Shown here: positions 10,954 to 25,249 of the stretch, in pieces
Position numbering within the stretch: the first letter of the stretch is position 1
Layout: each line of letters opens with the position of its first letter
NCBI RefSeq assembly: GCF_009914755.1
Contig: NC_060937.1
DNA length: 64,000 nucleotides
Direction: 5' to 3' (one strand)
DNA from: the human T2T-CHM13v2.0 reference genome, Homo sapiens
Position numbers and translations under genes: made by a program
Notes under the pieces: model-generated
The model's input: only the letters and a program-made list of their open reading frames with translations
Databases searched by the model: none
Told to the model about the DNA's origin: nothing

Positions 10954-12768
10954 TACAGTCTATCATTGATGGGCCTTTGGGTTGATGCCATGTTCCTGCT
11001 ATTGTGAATAGTGCTGCAATGAACATACATGTGCATGTATCTTTGTAAGAGAATGATTTATATTCCTTTGGGTATATACCCAGTAATGGGATTGCTGAGT
11101 CAAATGGTATTTCTGGTTCTCGCTCTTTGAGGAATCGTCACACCATCTTCCACAATGGTTGAGCTAATTTTCATTCCCACCAACAGTGTAAAAGCATTCC
11201 CATTTCTCCTCAATCTTGCCAGCATCTGTTGTTTCTTGACTTTTTAATAATGGCCATTCTGACTGCCATAAGATGATAGCTCATTGTGGCTTCGATTTGC
11301 ATTTCTCTAATGATAAGTGATTGTATTAGTCAATTTTCACGCCGATAAAGACATACCCAAGACTGGGCAATTTACAAAGAAAAGATATTTAATTGGACTT
11401 ACAGTTCCATTTAGCTGGGGAAGCCTCACAATCATGGCAGAAGGCAAGGAGGAGCAAATCACATCTTACATAGATGGCAGCAGGCAAAGAGAGTTTGTGC
11501 AGGGGAACTCCTCTTTTTAAAACCATCAGATCTTGTGAGACTTATTCACTACCACAAGCACAGTATGTAAAAACCACCCCCATGATTCAATGATCTTCCA
11601 CCTGGTCCCTTCCATAACATGTGGGAATTACAGGAGTACAATTCAAGATGATATTTGGGTGGAGACACAACCAATCTGTGTCAGTGATGTTGAGCTTTTT
11701 TTCATATGTTTGCTGGCTGCATGAGTGTCTTCTTATGAGAAATGTCTGTTTATGTCCTTTGCCCAGTTTTTAATGGGGTTATTTGCTTTTTTCTTGTAAA
11801 TTTGAGTTCCTTGTAGATTCTGGATATTAGACTTTTGTCCAATGAATGGATTGCAAAGATTTTCTCCCACTCTCTATGTTTTCTGTTCACTCTGATGATA
11901 GTTTCTTTTCCTGTGCAGAAGCTCTTTAGTTTAATTAGATCCCATTTGTCAATTTCTGCTTTTGTCACAATTGCTGTTGGAGATTTCATCATGAAATTTT
12001 TGCCTGTTCCTATGTCCTGAATGGTATTGCCTAGATTTTCTTCTAGGGTTTTTATTGTTTTGTGTTTTACATTTAAGTCTTTAATCCATCTTGAGTAAAT
12101 TTTTGTATAAAGTGTGATGAAGGGGTCCAGTTTCAATTTTCTGCAAATGTATAGCCAGTTATCCCAGTACCATTTGTTGAATAGGAAATCCTTTCCCCAT
12201 TGCTTGTTTTTGTCAGGTTTGTTGAAGTTCAGATGGTTGTGGATGTGCAATCTTATTTCTGAGTTCTTTATTCTGTTCCATTGGTCTATGTGTCTGTTTT
12301 TGTACAAGTACCATGCTCTTTTGGTTATTATAGCCTTATAGTGTAGTTTGAAGTCCAGTAGGGTGATTCCTTCAGCTTTGTTCTTTTTGCTTAGACACCA
12401 CAGAACATTATGTAGCCATAAAAAAGGAATTAGATTATGTCCTTTGCAGGGACATGGATGAAGCTGGAAGCCATTATCCTCAGCAAACTAACACAGGAAT
12501 AGAAAAGCAAACACTGCATGTTCTCACATATAAGTGGGAGCTGAACGATAGGATTACATAGACACGGGGAGGGGAACAACACACACTGGGGCCTGTCGGG
12601 GGGGTGGTGGGGGAGTGAGAGTATTAGAAAGGATGCCTAATGCATGTGGGGCTTAATACTTAGGTGATGGATTGATAGTGCAGTAAACCACTGTGGCACA
12701 CATTTACCTATTTAACAAACCTGCACATCCTGCACATGTACCCAGAACTAAAAATAATAAGAAGAAAT
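10954..12768 (+). mobile_element. 5'-inverted (twin-primed) L1PA with 17-bp TSD, containing a THE1 LTR
   Basis: Minus-oriented ORF2 segment 10954-12393, then plus-oriented 3' end 12394-12768; TSD aaaatatt(t/a)aaaatcta at 10937-10953 and 12769-12785; the 185-aa ORF 11750-12307 is L1 ORF2. Confidence 0.92.
11322..11683 (-). mobile_element. THE1 (B/C) solo LTR
   Basis: tgtattagtc...gataaagacatacccaagactggg...tgtca; exact 5-bp TSD gtgat at 11317-11321 and 11684-11688. Confidence 0.93.
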
Positions 12769-12806
12769 AAAATATTAAAAATCTAAAAAAGAAACTACCA
12801 AAAATG

Positions 12807-13218
12807 TTTTGAACTTTTATTTTAGGTTCAGGGCTACCTGTGCAGGTTTGCTATGCAGGTTTGCTATGCAGTTCTGTGTCACACAGGTTTGCTGTACAGA
12901 CGATTTAATCACCTGGCATACTTCGGCATTGAGTGAAGGCAATAAGCATAGTACCTGATAGGTAGCTTCTTGTTGCTTATGCTCCACCCACCCTCCACCC
13001 TCAAGTAGGTCCCAGTGTCTGTTGTACCTTTCTTTGTGTCCACATGTGCTCAATGTTCAGCTCCCATTTGGGAGTGAGAGCATATAGTATTTGCTTTTTT
13101 GTTCTGCATTAGTTTGTTTAGGAAAATGGCCTCCAGCTCCATCTGTGTTCCTGCAAAGGACATGATTTTCTTCTTTCTTATGGCTGTGTAGTATTCCATG
13201 GTGTATATGTACCACAAA
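12807..13218 (-). mobile_element. L1PA15/16-like 3' end
   Basis: ttttattttaggttcaggg...tgtgcaggtttg...gtattccatggtgtatatgtaccaca. Confidence 0.85.
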
Positions 13219-13939
13219 TAGCTTTCTTTCAGAAGTAAACAAATACATTGTAACTATTAATATTTCAAAGGAGAAAAAGCAATATCTTGATAGAAGCTGA
13301 AAATCTAATTGTTAAAATTCTACTTCATTCATGAAAAAAGTTATTAACAAATTAGGAATTTACGAGTACTTACATTGAATCAAAACCTAGCATAATGATT
13401 AATGGTAAAAGACAAGAGCCATTTTTATTAAAGTCAGACAATAATCAAGAGCACCAATTGTTCTTTATCATGGTTTGAGACAACTAGCTAAAGTATCGCA
13501 GAGGCTGGAAAAAAGTGCAATAATTTTTAAAGCAGGAGCACACAAGATCATTTGAAAATAATGAGGAAAAATCCAAGAGAATGAACTGAATTCATTTAAT
13601 GAAATGAAAAGATAAGGAAGCTTAATAAGCTGACTGGTTGAAAAATTAACATATGAAATTGATAGGTTGCAAATAAACAAACACCATCCATTTAGAAACA
13701 TAACAGTTTAGAAGAATTACTTCCAAATGCAACATGAAAGAGAGAAGAGCAGGAAGAAACACTTTTCCTTCTCACTCAAGGTTGGACTGTAAGTAATTTT
13801 AACAACTCCTGTCTGCCCCACGCCTTTAGACAAGAGCAATTTGCAACTCTAGGGCTGCTTACATTGCAAAGATCTCTATTCTCTCCCATCCCAGAGACAA
13901 ACTCTGCTGTCAATATGACTTTGCTGAGAGAAATTAGTT

Positions 13940-14170
13940 CATGTGTCTATTAAAAGATTGCATACAAATGTTCAAAGCATCCTTATTTCTAATAGCCCCA
14001 AAATGGAAACTAGCCCAGTGTGCATCATTGGGAGAATGGATAAAAACTTGTGGGATGTGATGCAACGGAAGGCTCTTCAGCAATAAAAGGAAAAGGAAAT
14101 CGTGATTGTGACATGTGCCATGGCTGAATTTCATAGCAACAAGGATGAGAGAAATGCTAAACATAAGAGA
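13940..14170 (+). mobile_element. L1ME-type 3' fragment
   Basis: aaatgttcaaagca...aatagccccaaaatggaaac...gaatggataaa. Confidence 0.7.
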
Positions 14171-14599
14171 ATGCTGCTCCAAGTTTGAATCTGAACTTCT
14201 TGCTTTGTGTACCAAGCCATTCTTGCCCACATCCAATCTCCAATATCGTTCTCCATTTCCCAAGCCTTAGTCTTTTCCAAGTGGAATGACATGCTCAAAT
14301 CAGTTTTCTAAATATGGTTAATACACTCATATTTGTGACTATGGCTATTCATTCATTTAGAAATATTTGAATGTCTGTGCTAGCCATCACACTGATACAA
14401 TGGTGACATCATAGTGAAGAAGACAACGCAGTCTTATGGAACTCTGGGAGGGATGAAGGTAGAAGCTATGGGTCATGCATCTTATGCTTTGCTGGATCTT
14501 TAGTCCCTGGATCGTTGTAGACAATTGATAGACTTGTTAAATTGACACATGAGTGCATTGATAAACAAATTCATTTGAACAGAGCAAAAGATTGAGATT

Positions 14600-15085
14600 G
14601 ATTCAGTTATTCAGTTGAAAACAGTTGAGAGGCTGTCTGTGTGGCAGTGAAAGACATAGAACAGTCCCTCCTGCCAGGGAACTGCCTTCAGTTGTGCAGA
14701 GCCAGACAAGAAATAAATAGGTGATGTGTCAGAAAGGGAGAAACACCATAAGGTAGGGAGGAGGAAGGTGGAGTGATGGAGATGGGGATGCTATTTCATA
14801 TGAGTGTCCAGGAAAAGACTCTCTGACAAAGTGTCATTTGAGCAGAAATCGAAGAAAGGGAGGGATGGATCCCTGCAGGTATCTGGGGGAAAAGCATTCC
14901 AGGCAGAAGAAACTGCAAGAGTGAAGGCCATGGGGTGACGATGAGGCTGATGTGTTTTAGGAACAGGAAGTCGGGCAAGAGCTAGAGTGAAGTGAGCGAG
15001 GAAGTGGTGAGCAGATGGGCCAGAGAAACAATGGGCAGCCCAGTCATGAGGAGCCTGAGGCCATGGTGATGGGGCTGGGTTTCCC
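14600..15085 (-). mobile_element. L2 fragment
   Basis: gtgtcatttgagcaga...gggggaaaagcattccaggcagaagaaac...gaaggcc. Confidence 0.75.
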
Positions 15086-15587
15086 ATGTAGCCGGCAGAG
15101 CCCACCACTGCCATCAGCCTGACCTAAGGCTGGTCCCCTCCCTGCTGAAGTGTTCAGTTAACGCCTGCAGCTGATGTCCTTCCTGCAGCCTCGCCAAGAA
15201 CAACTGGACATCTCCCAGCATGTGTGCCTGAGTTCCTCTGACAGTGGTTATCACCTATAAACACACTATCGTGACACTTTTCCTGGCTGCCGTCTGGGAT
15301 TCTCCTGCTCAAGTTAATGTCAAGGGGCCTTCTCACAGTGGTAGACGATGGTTATTGGAGCTGGCTTGGGTGGCTCACTAGAAGCGATTATCAGTGTTCA
15401 TCCCAACTTGGTGTTCACTGGTGTCAAACTGACAGAAATCAACCACAGTGGAAACATAAATCACTGCTTTCTCCCCTCTCCCTGAGAGTTGGTTGTTAAA
15501 CCTTTACTAGCACGTGACCAACAATATGTCTAAACAACAGTATGTCTACATTCCTCCTTATCTGCCGTCTCTTGATCCCCAGAATAC

Positions 15588-15893
15588 TTTTTTTTTTTTT
15601 TTTTGAGAAGGAATCTCACTCTGTTACCAGCTGGAGTGCAGTGGTGCCATCTCGGCTCCCTGCAACCTCTGCAACCTCTGCTTCCTGGGTTCAAGTGACT
15701 CTCGTGCCTCAGCCTCCCAAGTAGCTGGGACTACAGGCACACGCCACCATGCCTGGCTAATTTTTGTATTTTCAGTAGAGACAGGGTTTCACCATGTTGG
15801 CCAGGCTAGTCTTGAACTCCTGACCTCAGGTGATCTGCCTGCCTCAGCCTCCCTAAGCGCTGGGATTACAAACGTGAGCCACTGCGACCAGCC
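15588..15893 (-). mobile_element. AluS (Sx/Sz-like)
   Basis: Full reverse Alu; TSD ccccagaatactttt on both sides; small internal ctgcaacct duplication. Confidence 0.95.
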
Positions 15894-16204
15894 TTAAACC
15901 CCAGAATACTTTTAAACATACCATCTGGTAAATGTGACCAAGATCATAAAGCTCTGATTGACAAAAGGCTCACCAGAAGCAACGGAGATTTCCATTCCTC
16001 TGGGAGTAGATGAGGAAGGATTCCTCCTTGCTTCAAGAGGAATTCTTTCCTTGGAACTTCAGCGTGCTAGTTTCCCTTGCCTGCTCTGGGGTCTATCCCA
16101 CTCTTCAGTTACTTGCAGATGCTGGAACTCAATGATGTCGTTTGCCCCTAGAAAAATAAGCCTGATGTTTTATTTTATGCTTTCTTCTCCCGGTATCAAT
16201 CCAA

Positions 16205-16808
16205 CTGTCTCTCATGCCACAACATGACATATGTAATCCTTAAGAGAACCACAGTATGCAAAATTGCATGGTAAAAACCACAGGGCTAGGGGGAAAAATT
16301 AGGTTAGGGATACAACACTCAAAAACTTTGTCAGTGACACAGTAAAGAAAAAAAATATAAGAGCCTAACAAGAATGAAAGCACAATTTTCACATGTTAAA
16401 TGGTCAGGACTAACACAACAAGTATGACACATTAAATTGGAAAAGACCCCAGGTTGCTTGTGGAAGGGGTGTAGAAACCACCTCAGCTTGTGAGATATTG
16501 TGAAGTCATTGCAGTATGGGGTTATTTGAAACTGGAAGAAAGTTGTAACAACAGATGAGATAGGTGCGGCTCATCACATAAGACAAACGGAGGTTGCTGG
16601 TAGATTTATGAAGTGTGTGCATTTTGTGTATTTCTATAGGGCTCTGTATCTGGGTGCAGTTTTTCACATACATCTAATATTTCTTGCAGACAAAGTCAGG
16701 CATAAACAAAACAAAATTCACATTAAGCACAAACTGTTTTGAAATACATCAGTCAATATAGGAACAAACTTGAGTTTTTCTCAACAAATGTTACAGCAGA
16801 ATTGACTG
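16205..16808 (-). mobile_element. MER82 (TcMar-Tigger)
   Basis: aaaaaccacagggct, acaacactcaaaaactttgtcagtgacac, terminal gttacagcagaattgactg. Confidence 0.75.
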
Positions 16809-16870
16809 CTCTTAATAATCTTTAATCGTCTTTACATACACTTGAATATATGGCACAACATCTATTTAGA

Positions 16871-17020
16871 CTGGTGATTCTCGACCTTGGCTATCGATTA
16901 GGTCACCTAGAGACCTTAAGAAAAATATCAATGCCTGTGTCCACTCCTGGATGACTTAGAGCTGTCTCTTAGTATGTTGGTCCTGAGTACATTGTTTTAT
17001 GCTTTGATAATCCTAATGTC
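16871..17020. mobile_element. MER5-like fragment
   Basis: tggtgattctcgaccttggct...tcacctagagacctta...atcaatgcctg. Confidence 0.5.
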
Positions 17021-17228
17021 TAGTTAGATTAGACATTAAGATTAGACTAGTTACATTAGACATTATGTAGATTATAAATATAAACACATAATACTATATA
17101 GTTTTCTAACTCACATATGTATTTATGCTTTCTCCTCCCAGTGTCAGTCCAACTGTCTCTCATGCCACATGAGAAACAGTTGATTTAGAAAATTATATAT
17201 AGTGTATGATTTAGAAAATTATATATAG

Positions 17229-17540
<312 letters not shown>

Positions 17541-17689
17541 TTATGTGTTTACATTTATAATTTACATAAATAGTATTGACTATAAATCTCATGGTTTTTT
17601 CTTTTCATTTATACTATATCTGATTGCTCTCCGTGTTTCCATCTAAGTACTCATGAATGTTTTACTTATAGTAACCCCTTCTATCCATC

Positions 17690-19606
17690 TCTTAAATTTT
17701 GCTTATCTATTACAGTAGTGAACATCAAGTTGCCTCAACATTTATGATCACAAAAGGAGCAGGGTTCCTCTCTCACATCTCCCCAGGAGTGAGGTTCCTG
17801 GTTCATGGAGTACCGCAACTCAATTTCATTATAGGTGTCAGATTGTTCTCTGGAGTGACTACACGTGTCTACATCCCTACCTGTTAAAAATGCCCAAAGG
17901 ATGTCTGTAGCTTTGGAATCAGGGACAAACTTGATATCCTAACTTCGTTACTTTTTTTTTCTTTTTCACCTCTGGCAATTTTGTCCACTTTCTTAGGAGC
18001 CGTAGGTATGTATTTAAAGATTTACTTCAATGTATCCCACATTTCCAGTTAGACAGTGGGATTGAATTTTAGAATATCCAGGCCTCCATATTGCTGGAAG
18101 TAAAATTTTAGAAACAGTTTGTCCATTGCCTTTGAAAAATTTGTTAGGATTTGCATTGCACTGAGGCCTTAATTACGGAAGAATTCACATCTTTACCACA
18201 CTTCCTCCTACGAAGTGGAAAACCCCTTCATCTGTTCAGGTTTTATTTTTTGTCCTTTAGTCTAATTTTAGGGTTATCTTCATAAAGGATTTCTTCAGGG
18301 TTCGGTAGATTCATTCCTAGACATTTTCAAGTTTCTGAAGCTACTCCAAATGTCCTCTGAGTTCCTATTTTATTTTCTAATTGATTATGGCTGCTTTAGT
18401 GAACCACAGCTTGTTTCGAATGTTGTTCATGCCTCTGGCAATCTTGCTCAAGTTTGATAATAGTTCCAGAGGTTTGTTCATTAATGCTTCTGGGTTTTCA
18501 AGGTAAATATTTACATGATACCATCTGCATATATGACGGGAGTTTAATCTCTTTCCTTTAAGGGCGTCAGTCTCTTCCTTCATTTTCTTATAATGTGTTG
18601 CACATTATTCACCTGTAAGAGGAGTGTTTACTTTCCTTCAGGCTTAGGGGGAGGATTTAATATTTATCCAGTGTTTTCATTCAATGTGATGTTTGCTTTA
18701 TGTTTTGAAATGTTTATATATCCTATAACAAGTTTAGAGGGAGTTCTATATTTGACACCCTAAAAACACTTTGTTTCCCACTTTAATCATGAAGTGAAGA
18801 TTATCAAATTCCTTTTTGACAATATCAAGATGGTAATTTTTTTCTGTTTCAATTCATTATTGATATACGTACAATGTGAAACCATCTTTCATTTCCAGCA
18901 AACACCCTATTTGATTATAATATCATTTTTGCTAGAGTATACATTTGCTTTTGGGTATCAAATATATTTTTGGTAGCTAATATTTTATGTAAAATTGTTT
19001 CACCTATACAAATATATCAACATCAACTAGGATTTCCTTTACTTTTTACCACCCTTGTTTATTTTTGATGTTGGCATTCTAAGTCTTTTCCCTCATTTTC
19101 TATTCTCTGGACCATTTTATCTTCTTTGCCATATTCTGTAGCCACTTGTATAATATAGGAATTTCTTAAAACTTTGGCAGAATTCATTTGTAAAAACACA
19201 TATGCCTGTAACTGTCATGCACACACGTGAGCGTGTATGTGAGAGAGAGAGAGAGATGCATGCATGTTGATGTGTGCAGGCTTTTAAAAGGAAAAGATTG
19301 GCGGGGCACAGTGGCTCACGCCTGTAGTCCCAGCACTTTGGAAGGCCCAGGCTGGGGGATGACCAGAGGTCAGGAGTTCGAGACCAGCCTGGCCAAAATA
19401 ATGAAACCCTGTCTCTACTAAAAATACAAAAATTAGCTGGGCGTGGTGGTGGGTGGCTGTAATCCCAGGTACTCGGGAGGCTGAGGCAGGAGAATCACTT
19501 GAACCCAGGGGGCAGAGATTGCATGAGCCGAGACGGTGCCATTGCACTCCAGCCTGGGCAACAAAAGCGAAACTCCATCTAAAATAAATAAATAAATAAA
19601 TAAAAA

Positions 19607-19667
<61 letters not shown>

Positions 19668-20200
19668 TAAAATAAAAATAAAAATAAAATATTTCGAATA
19701 GCATTATAAAATTATAAATTATTATTGACCATGCCACATTATTTCTCATTATGCTGTTTTATATTTTATAATGTTTTTGAAAAATTTAACCATGTAATTT
19801 AGGTTTTCAAATTCATTGGGGGTATCATTGTACAGAAATTTTAGACTATATTTTGAATCTTTAAATTTTTGAGTCATTTTGATAATTTTACCCTATAAAA
19901 TCTGTTTCCTGCTTATTTGCATAAAATTTAAAAATCAGTATGTAGAATATTTTTTCCTATATCATTAGTCTTCTAAAAGAAACTTTTTTTTCCAGTTTGG
20001 TAATTAAATTTATTTTATTTCTATTGTATTTCATTTTTGTCTTCTCTTTAGTATTTTCTTTCTTGGTTTGTTTCTTTATGTTTAATCTGTTGACATTTTT
20101 CTTGCTTCTGAGTTCAGGATGAGTTTATTTCCTGATAAATGTTTTAGAAGCTGTATATTGCCCTCTGAATTCTGTCTGCATTCCATGCATTTTGATACCA
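17690..20200 (-). mobile_element. Degraded L1M ORF2/3' fragments, interrupted by an Alu
   Basis: T-rich L1-antisense motifs; ORF 18377-18583 contains IYLENP...LELLSNLSKIA, which resembles ORF2. Confidence 0.65.
19300..19691 (+). mobile_element. AluS (Sq/Sx-like) with compound tail (TAAA)n-(TC)8-(AC)n-(AAAAT)n
   Basis: Full Alu body 19300-19580; cctgggcaacaaaagcgaaactcc; microsatellite at 19607-19665. Confidence 0.93.
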
Positions 20201-20442
20201 GGAACTCACACTTGATGCCTGACGCTTGATTGCTAGTTATCGGGGGCCATCACTCCAGAGACCTTGAAGTGCGGTCTCCCTTTAGATTTCCTCCTTGCTG
20301 TGTGATGTGTCATATGTCACTGCCTGTCAAGAGCCAAGCTCTCATTCCAGAGACATAACTAACGGTGAAATAATGAAGAGCTGAAACAAACAGTCACATT
20401 AAATACCAAGCCCCACATTTCCTCAAAAGTTACCTACCTTTT

Positions 20443-21130
<688 letters not shown>

Positions 21131-21959
21131 CCTTTTCACCCCTCAGGGCTTTGCGGTAGCAAAAATATTCATTAATTCCTCAGTTATACAGTGAGTGTAC
21201 ACCAGGTACAAACCTACTGCAACGGGCCTTCAAGATAAACAATCAGTGGTTCCTTCCCCTTGAACCACACAGTACTCCTGTTCACAGTAAGAACAGCAGG
21301 GACAGAGAATAAGGGTTCTAACATGACCTAGCAAGATTAGGCCTCCATATTAGTAGTCACATTAACCTAAGAAAAGTTGTCTTCTAATGTAAGTGCTATT
21401 ATGATATCTAATCTACATTCTAGGTGCCACATTCAATCAGGAATTTAATTGATATTTTCAGTTAAGAAATGTATTTTTCTGCCTTGTGGATTGACTGATC
21501 ATCCTGTTCCTCTTTGATTCCAATTACATGATGTTTTCCAGACTAGTGTGTTCACTAACTGATAACTAGTAGTCTGATTTTTATATTATTTTATCTTTAA
21601 CACAGTAAATCGTGGCAAGATTTTAAAGAGAATAAATAATCTTAGGTATTACACAAAACTCTAATTGTGAACTTTTGCTGGTTCATGTGATATTATGGGC
21701 TAACTATTGAATCAATATATTTCTGATGATAGTTTTGCTTTCTTTGATGTATTTGTTCATTCTCTCAATTAAATGATGAAACACTATGCATGTTCACCTA
21801 AGTTGTACATTGCAATAACTTGACGACGGTGGTCTGTGTTGTCACCTTGTTTATGGTATTGGCAATCCAGATGTGTGGAATGTTAATCAGGGAACATCCA
21901 TAGGCTATTTTGAGACTCTCAAAGAAAAGTCAAAAGGACAGTAAGCATGCTTAAGGATA

Positions 21960-22500
21960 AGTACTCCCAAAGAAGTTTAAAGAGCCAGGGTATTTAGAAT
22001 ACTGTAACCACAAAGCAAGAAAGTACTCAAAACAAACAAACAGAAAACTGGGGCATGTCAAAAGGACTCAGCAGGCAGCCTGAAGGGGCTCCCACTGGAC
22101 AAATTTAGGACTGCACTCTTGACTGAAGGGCAAACCAAACAAAATAAAAAGGTTCTGCAAAGAACATTGTTGAGATATCTGACACATTTGGAATGCGGAT
22201 GTTAAAGTATCATACCAAGGGTAAACCTTCTGATTTTGATAACTGTACTGTGGTCACATAAAATAATGGGAATGTCTCACTCTTATGAAATACACATTGA
22301 TGTATTAAAGGATCAAGGAGAATGATATATCCAACCTACCCTCAAGGAGTTCTGAAGAAGCAAAAACAAATTGTGGCAAATGTTTAAAAAAATGGTGGAT
22401 CCGGCTAAAGATGATTTGGAGGTTCTTTACACTGTTTTCTAATTTTCCTAAAAGTATAAAACGATTTCAAAATAAAACCAAAATAAAAAATTGGAAAAAT
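21960..22500 (+). mobile_element. L1MC-type 3' end
   Basis: gggcatgtcaaaaggac...gctcccactgg; gattttgataactgtactgtgg; tttcaaaataaaa terminus. Confidence 0.7.
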
Positions 22501-23299
22501 TGCCTTATCCTCTTTTTCCATGGTATGAAAAGCAAGTCACAGAATCCTCACCGAGGGAGCTGAGTTCACAGTTTGCTGAGTCAATGTGTGAGTGTCACCA
22601 ACATGACACATCTGCCCATGCACAGGAGAGAGGCGGGAAGCTGGCAACTGCTGCAGGGGATCCAAGGCTTCTTTATGCTTTATGTACCAGCAGAGACAGA
22701 CACAGCCTTTATTTAGTTCTTGCATGATTGGTGAAATTGATCAAAAAGTCTTTAGTTTTTAGATAAAGTGAAGCTAAATAAAATAGTGTAGATCCCTACT
22801 ATGCAAAACATGTGTGAGTGAGTGTATCTGGGTAATGCTCTTCCTATATCTTTCTGGTGTGCTCTTGCTAACTGTATAGGCAATTTGGTTAGATGTCACC
22901 TTAATCTGGTTAACAACCAGTTGTTGCCTGATAGTAGCTAACCAGAGATGAAGACAGTGTAAGGAAAAGAGCTTAAACAGCTTTTCTAGGCCTCCTGGAC
23001 AAAAGACAACTCTTTAGCTGGTAATGATAGGTCATAGTGATTTCTCAGAATCAAAGATTTTTCTTTTAAATTCTTAACCCCCAACTTTGTGTGTTACCCC
23101 AGTGTATTTGCAGCAGGTCACTGTATTTGCAGCAGGTGGTTTCTGGGTTTTGGCAGGGGCTCTAAACTCCAAGCATAATGTAAGAACAATGGTGGTAAAA
23201 ACATGCATATCCTAATAGCAATGCTAGAGATGAAAAATTGTTCCGCCAGCCCATCACCCACTTTGTAGATAAGAAATTGAACTGGAAGGTACAAGAAAG

Positions 23300-24240
23300 C
23301 AATAAAATTGTGAGACTGTTATGGTGTTTCTGCCTTTACTCGTGTGAAAGGGGGAGGGGGGGTTTCCTCCCAGCAAGCAAATGAGAAGGGGCTCTAAGAG
23401 TGTCTTCAGAGGGCTTGGCACATGTCCCTAGACTGAGAGACATGGAGACCGATATTTGACCCACAGTTAAAAGTCTAAAGGCAAGCAGCTAAGACCAGAG
23501 CTGCCACCTGAATGCTTGAAAAGCAAAGCAAAGTGGCTATGTGGGGACCAGCTACACTTCACAGTGAGAGGAAATGTTTGAGTTTTGGGGGAACCAAGTA
23601 TGACCCTTCTGATGGAGGCTGGCTTGAAGTTTGCTTAAAAGGGATTCCACTCACGATAGGTGGAACAAAGAGACCCCCACAGAAGGATGGACTGCCCAGA
23701 GGCTAAAAGGTGAGTCGGAAGCAATCAGTAATAGAAGCTTGTGCCAAACTAACTGCAGTGGGAGGATCCCAGCTAAAGGTAGCACAGCCAGTGAAGGGCA
23801 GCCAAAGAAAGAGAGGGTGAGCTGCGGAAACATCCCTAGTGCTTGCTGAGCAAGGTCACAACTCCTGACTGCATAAGATGGTGCCATGCCCCTCAAGCTG
23901 TTCCCCATCTGGGCCTCATCCTGGGGCAGTCAAAAGTGGAAATCAGAAGACCAGGAAAGAGAAAACTGTGAAGAAAGAAGGGGGCCATCCCGCCTTCCTC
24001 CTCTACAGACTTCCTGAAGCAGGACAGAACTGGGGCAGGGAGCAGTTTACATTGGACCAGAACTTGGGATTCTGATTGTATACTAGGGAGAGCTCTTTAA
24101 AAGCTGAAATGAGGCTGCACTTGTGACCAAAAGAAACTGGAAAAGCTAGAAAGCCTTCCTGAAATTTTTCCTGGTAGCCCGGGAGAATGGTTCTGCTGGG
24201 TGAATTAACGGGGAGGGGTGAGAGAGTAGAGCGGCTTTCT
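23300..24240. mobile_element. Probable ancient mammalian LTR, family uncertain
   Basis: Purine-rich, higher-GC block with LTR-like composition; I cannot assign a family. Confidence 0.3.
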
Positions 24241-25249
24241 GCTTCCAGCCTTTGGGATCCAGCATGTTCCATAAAGTGGTTTAACACTTCAAATCTTCAT
24301 TTCAAGAGTTCCACAGAAAATTCAACATCAGGATTCCCAGGACTGAGCTCTTCATTATCTAATCTTATCCTCCTTTTGAAATCCCTGTCTCGGCAAACGG
24401 GACCATATCCCAAGCCAGCAGGGGTTGCTCCATTGCACCTACTGGTGTTTCCACCTCCAGCCTCATGAAACTCACCAGAGTTATCTTGCATACCACTGCA
24501 AGGCCATTGTCCTGCTAAAAGAAATGAGTTCATACACATTCTTTTTAATGTATCACCTGCGTTTCAGCCCAGGACATGGTACCCTTCATGCCAAATTTCT
24601 ACACAGCTGTCTCATGTAAACTCTCCTCCTGCTTGAACCATAGGCATCTACACTCTGTGATAGGCATTGTACAGCCATGCTGAACTACGAAGGGATCCCC
24701 CAAGGATACCGTTTTTCATCACTCTGAGGCATCATATCTTCTGCTGGCATTATCTAAAATGGTATCTCCTTCTCCAAATTATATTTTGTCCTACAAAACT
24801 CAGGTTAAGCATCACTATTTCATAAGCTCTTCTCCTGGCACCACGTTCTAATTTATGTGATCTGCCTTAGTCCTCCCCTCATAATCTGCAGTTTACTGTA
24901 TCAAAGCCCTTATCATACTTGGCCAGGAGAGCTGACTTACTTATTTTCTCTTCCTTACTGTACTTCACACTCTTGTATGTTTTGCTTGAAATTACATTTC
25001 AGCACAATATCTGATGCCAATTATGTGTTTACATATTGTTTGTTGGATAGATAGAAAAATAATGGGTGAATGGCTTTCTTAATGCAGTATATTATTATTA
25101 TTTAAACCAAAAGCTTATGTTCAATAATGCTTTGCAGTTTGCAAATTGTTTCCTATGTATTATCCTATTTGTGTCTTACTTTACCCTATACAAAAAGAGA
25201 ATCCAAAGTTAAGAGAAGTTAGAAAACTTTGACAGGTATCAAACAGTAT

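Larger units (their letters stand above)
9570..13740 (+). mobile_element. Old L1M remnants hosting the nested insertions at 10954-13218
   Basis: A-rich degraded ORF2-like sequence at 9570-9930, 10830-10950 and 13220-13740 (gaagctgaaaatc...aacaaattaggaat). Confidence 0.6.

Noticed and set aside
11750-12307. 185-aa ORF as a gene
   Set aside because: It is an L1 ORF2 C-terminal remnant in a truncated, inverted, LTR-interrupted element
19284-19666. Alu- and microsatellite-derived ORFs (also 17313, 26931, 40119, 48184, 50576, 57496)
   Set aside because: Standard Alu translations, not genes
23103-23137. Tandem duplication of tgtatttgcagcaggt
   Set aside because: Ordinary two-copy slippage event, as are the small duplications at about 12841-12871 and 52307-52330
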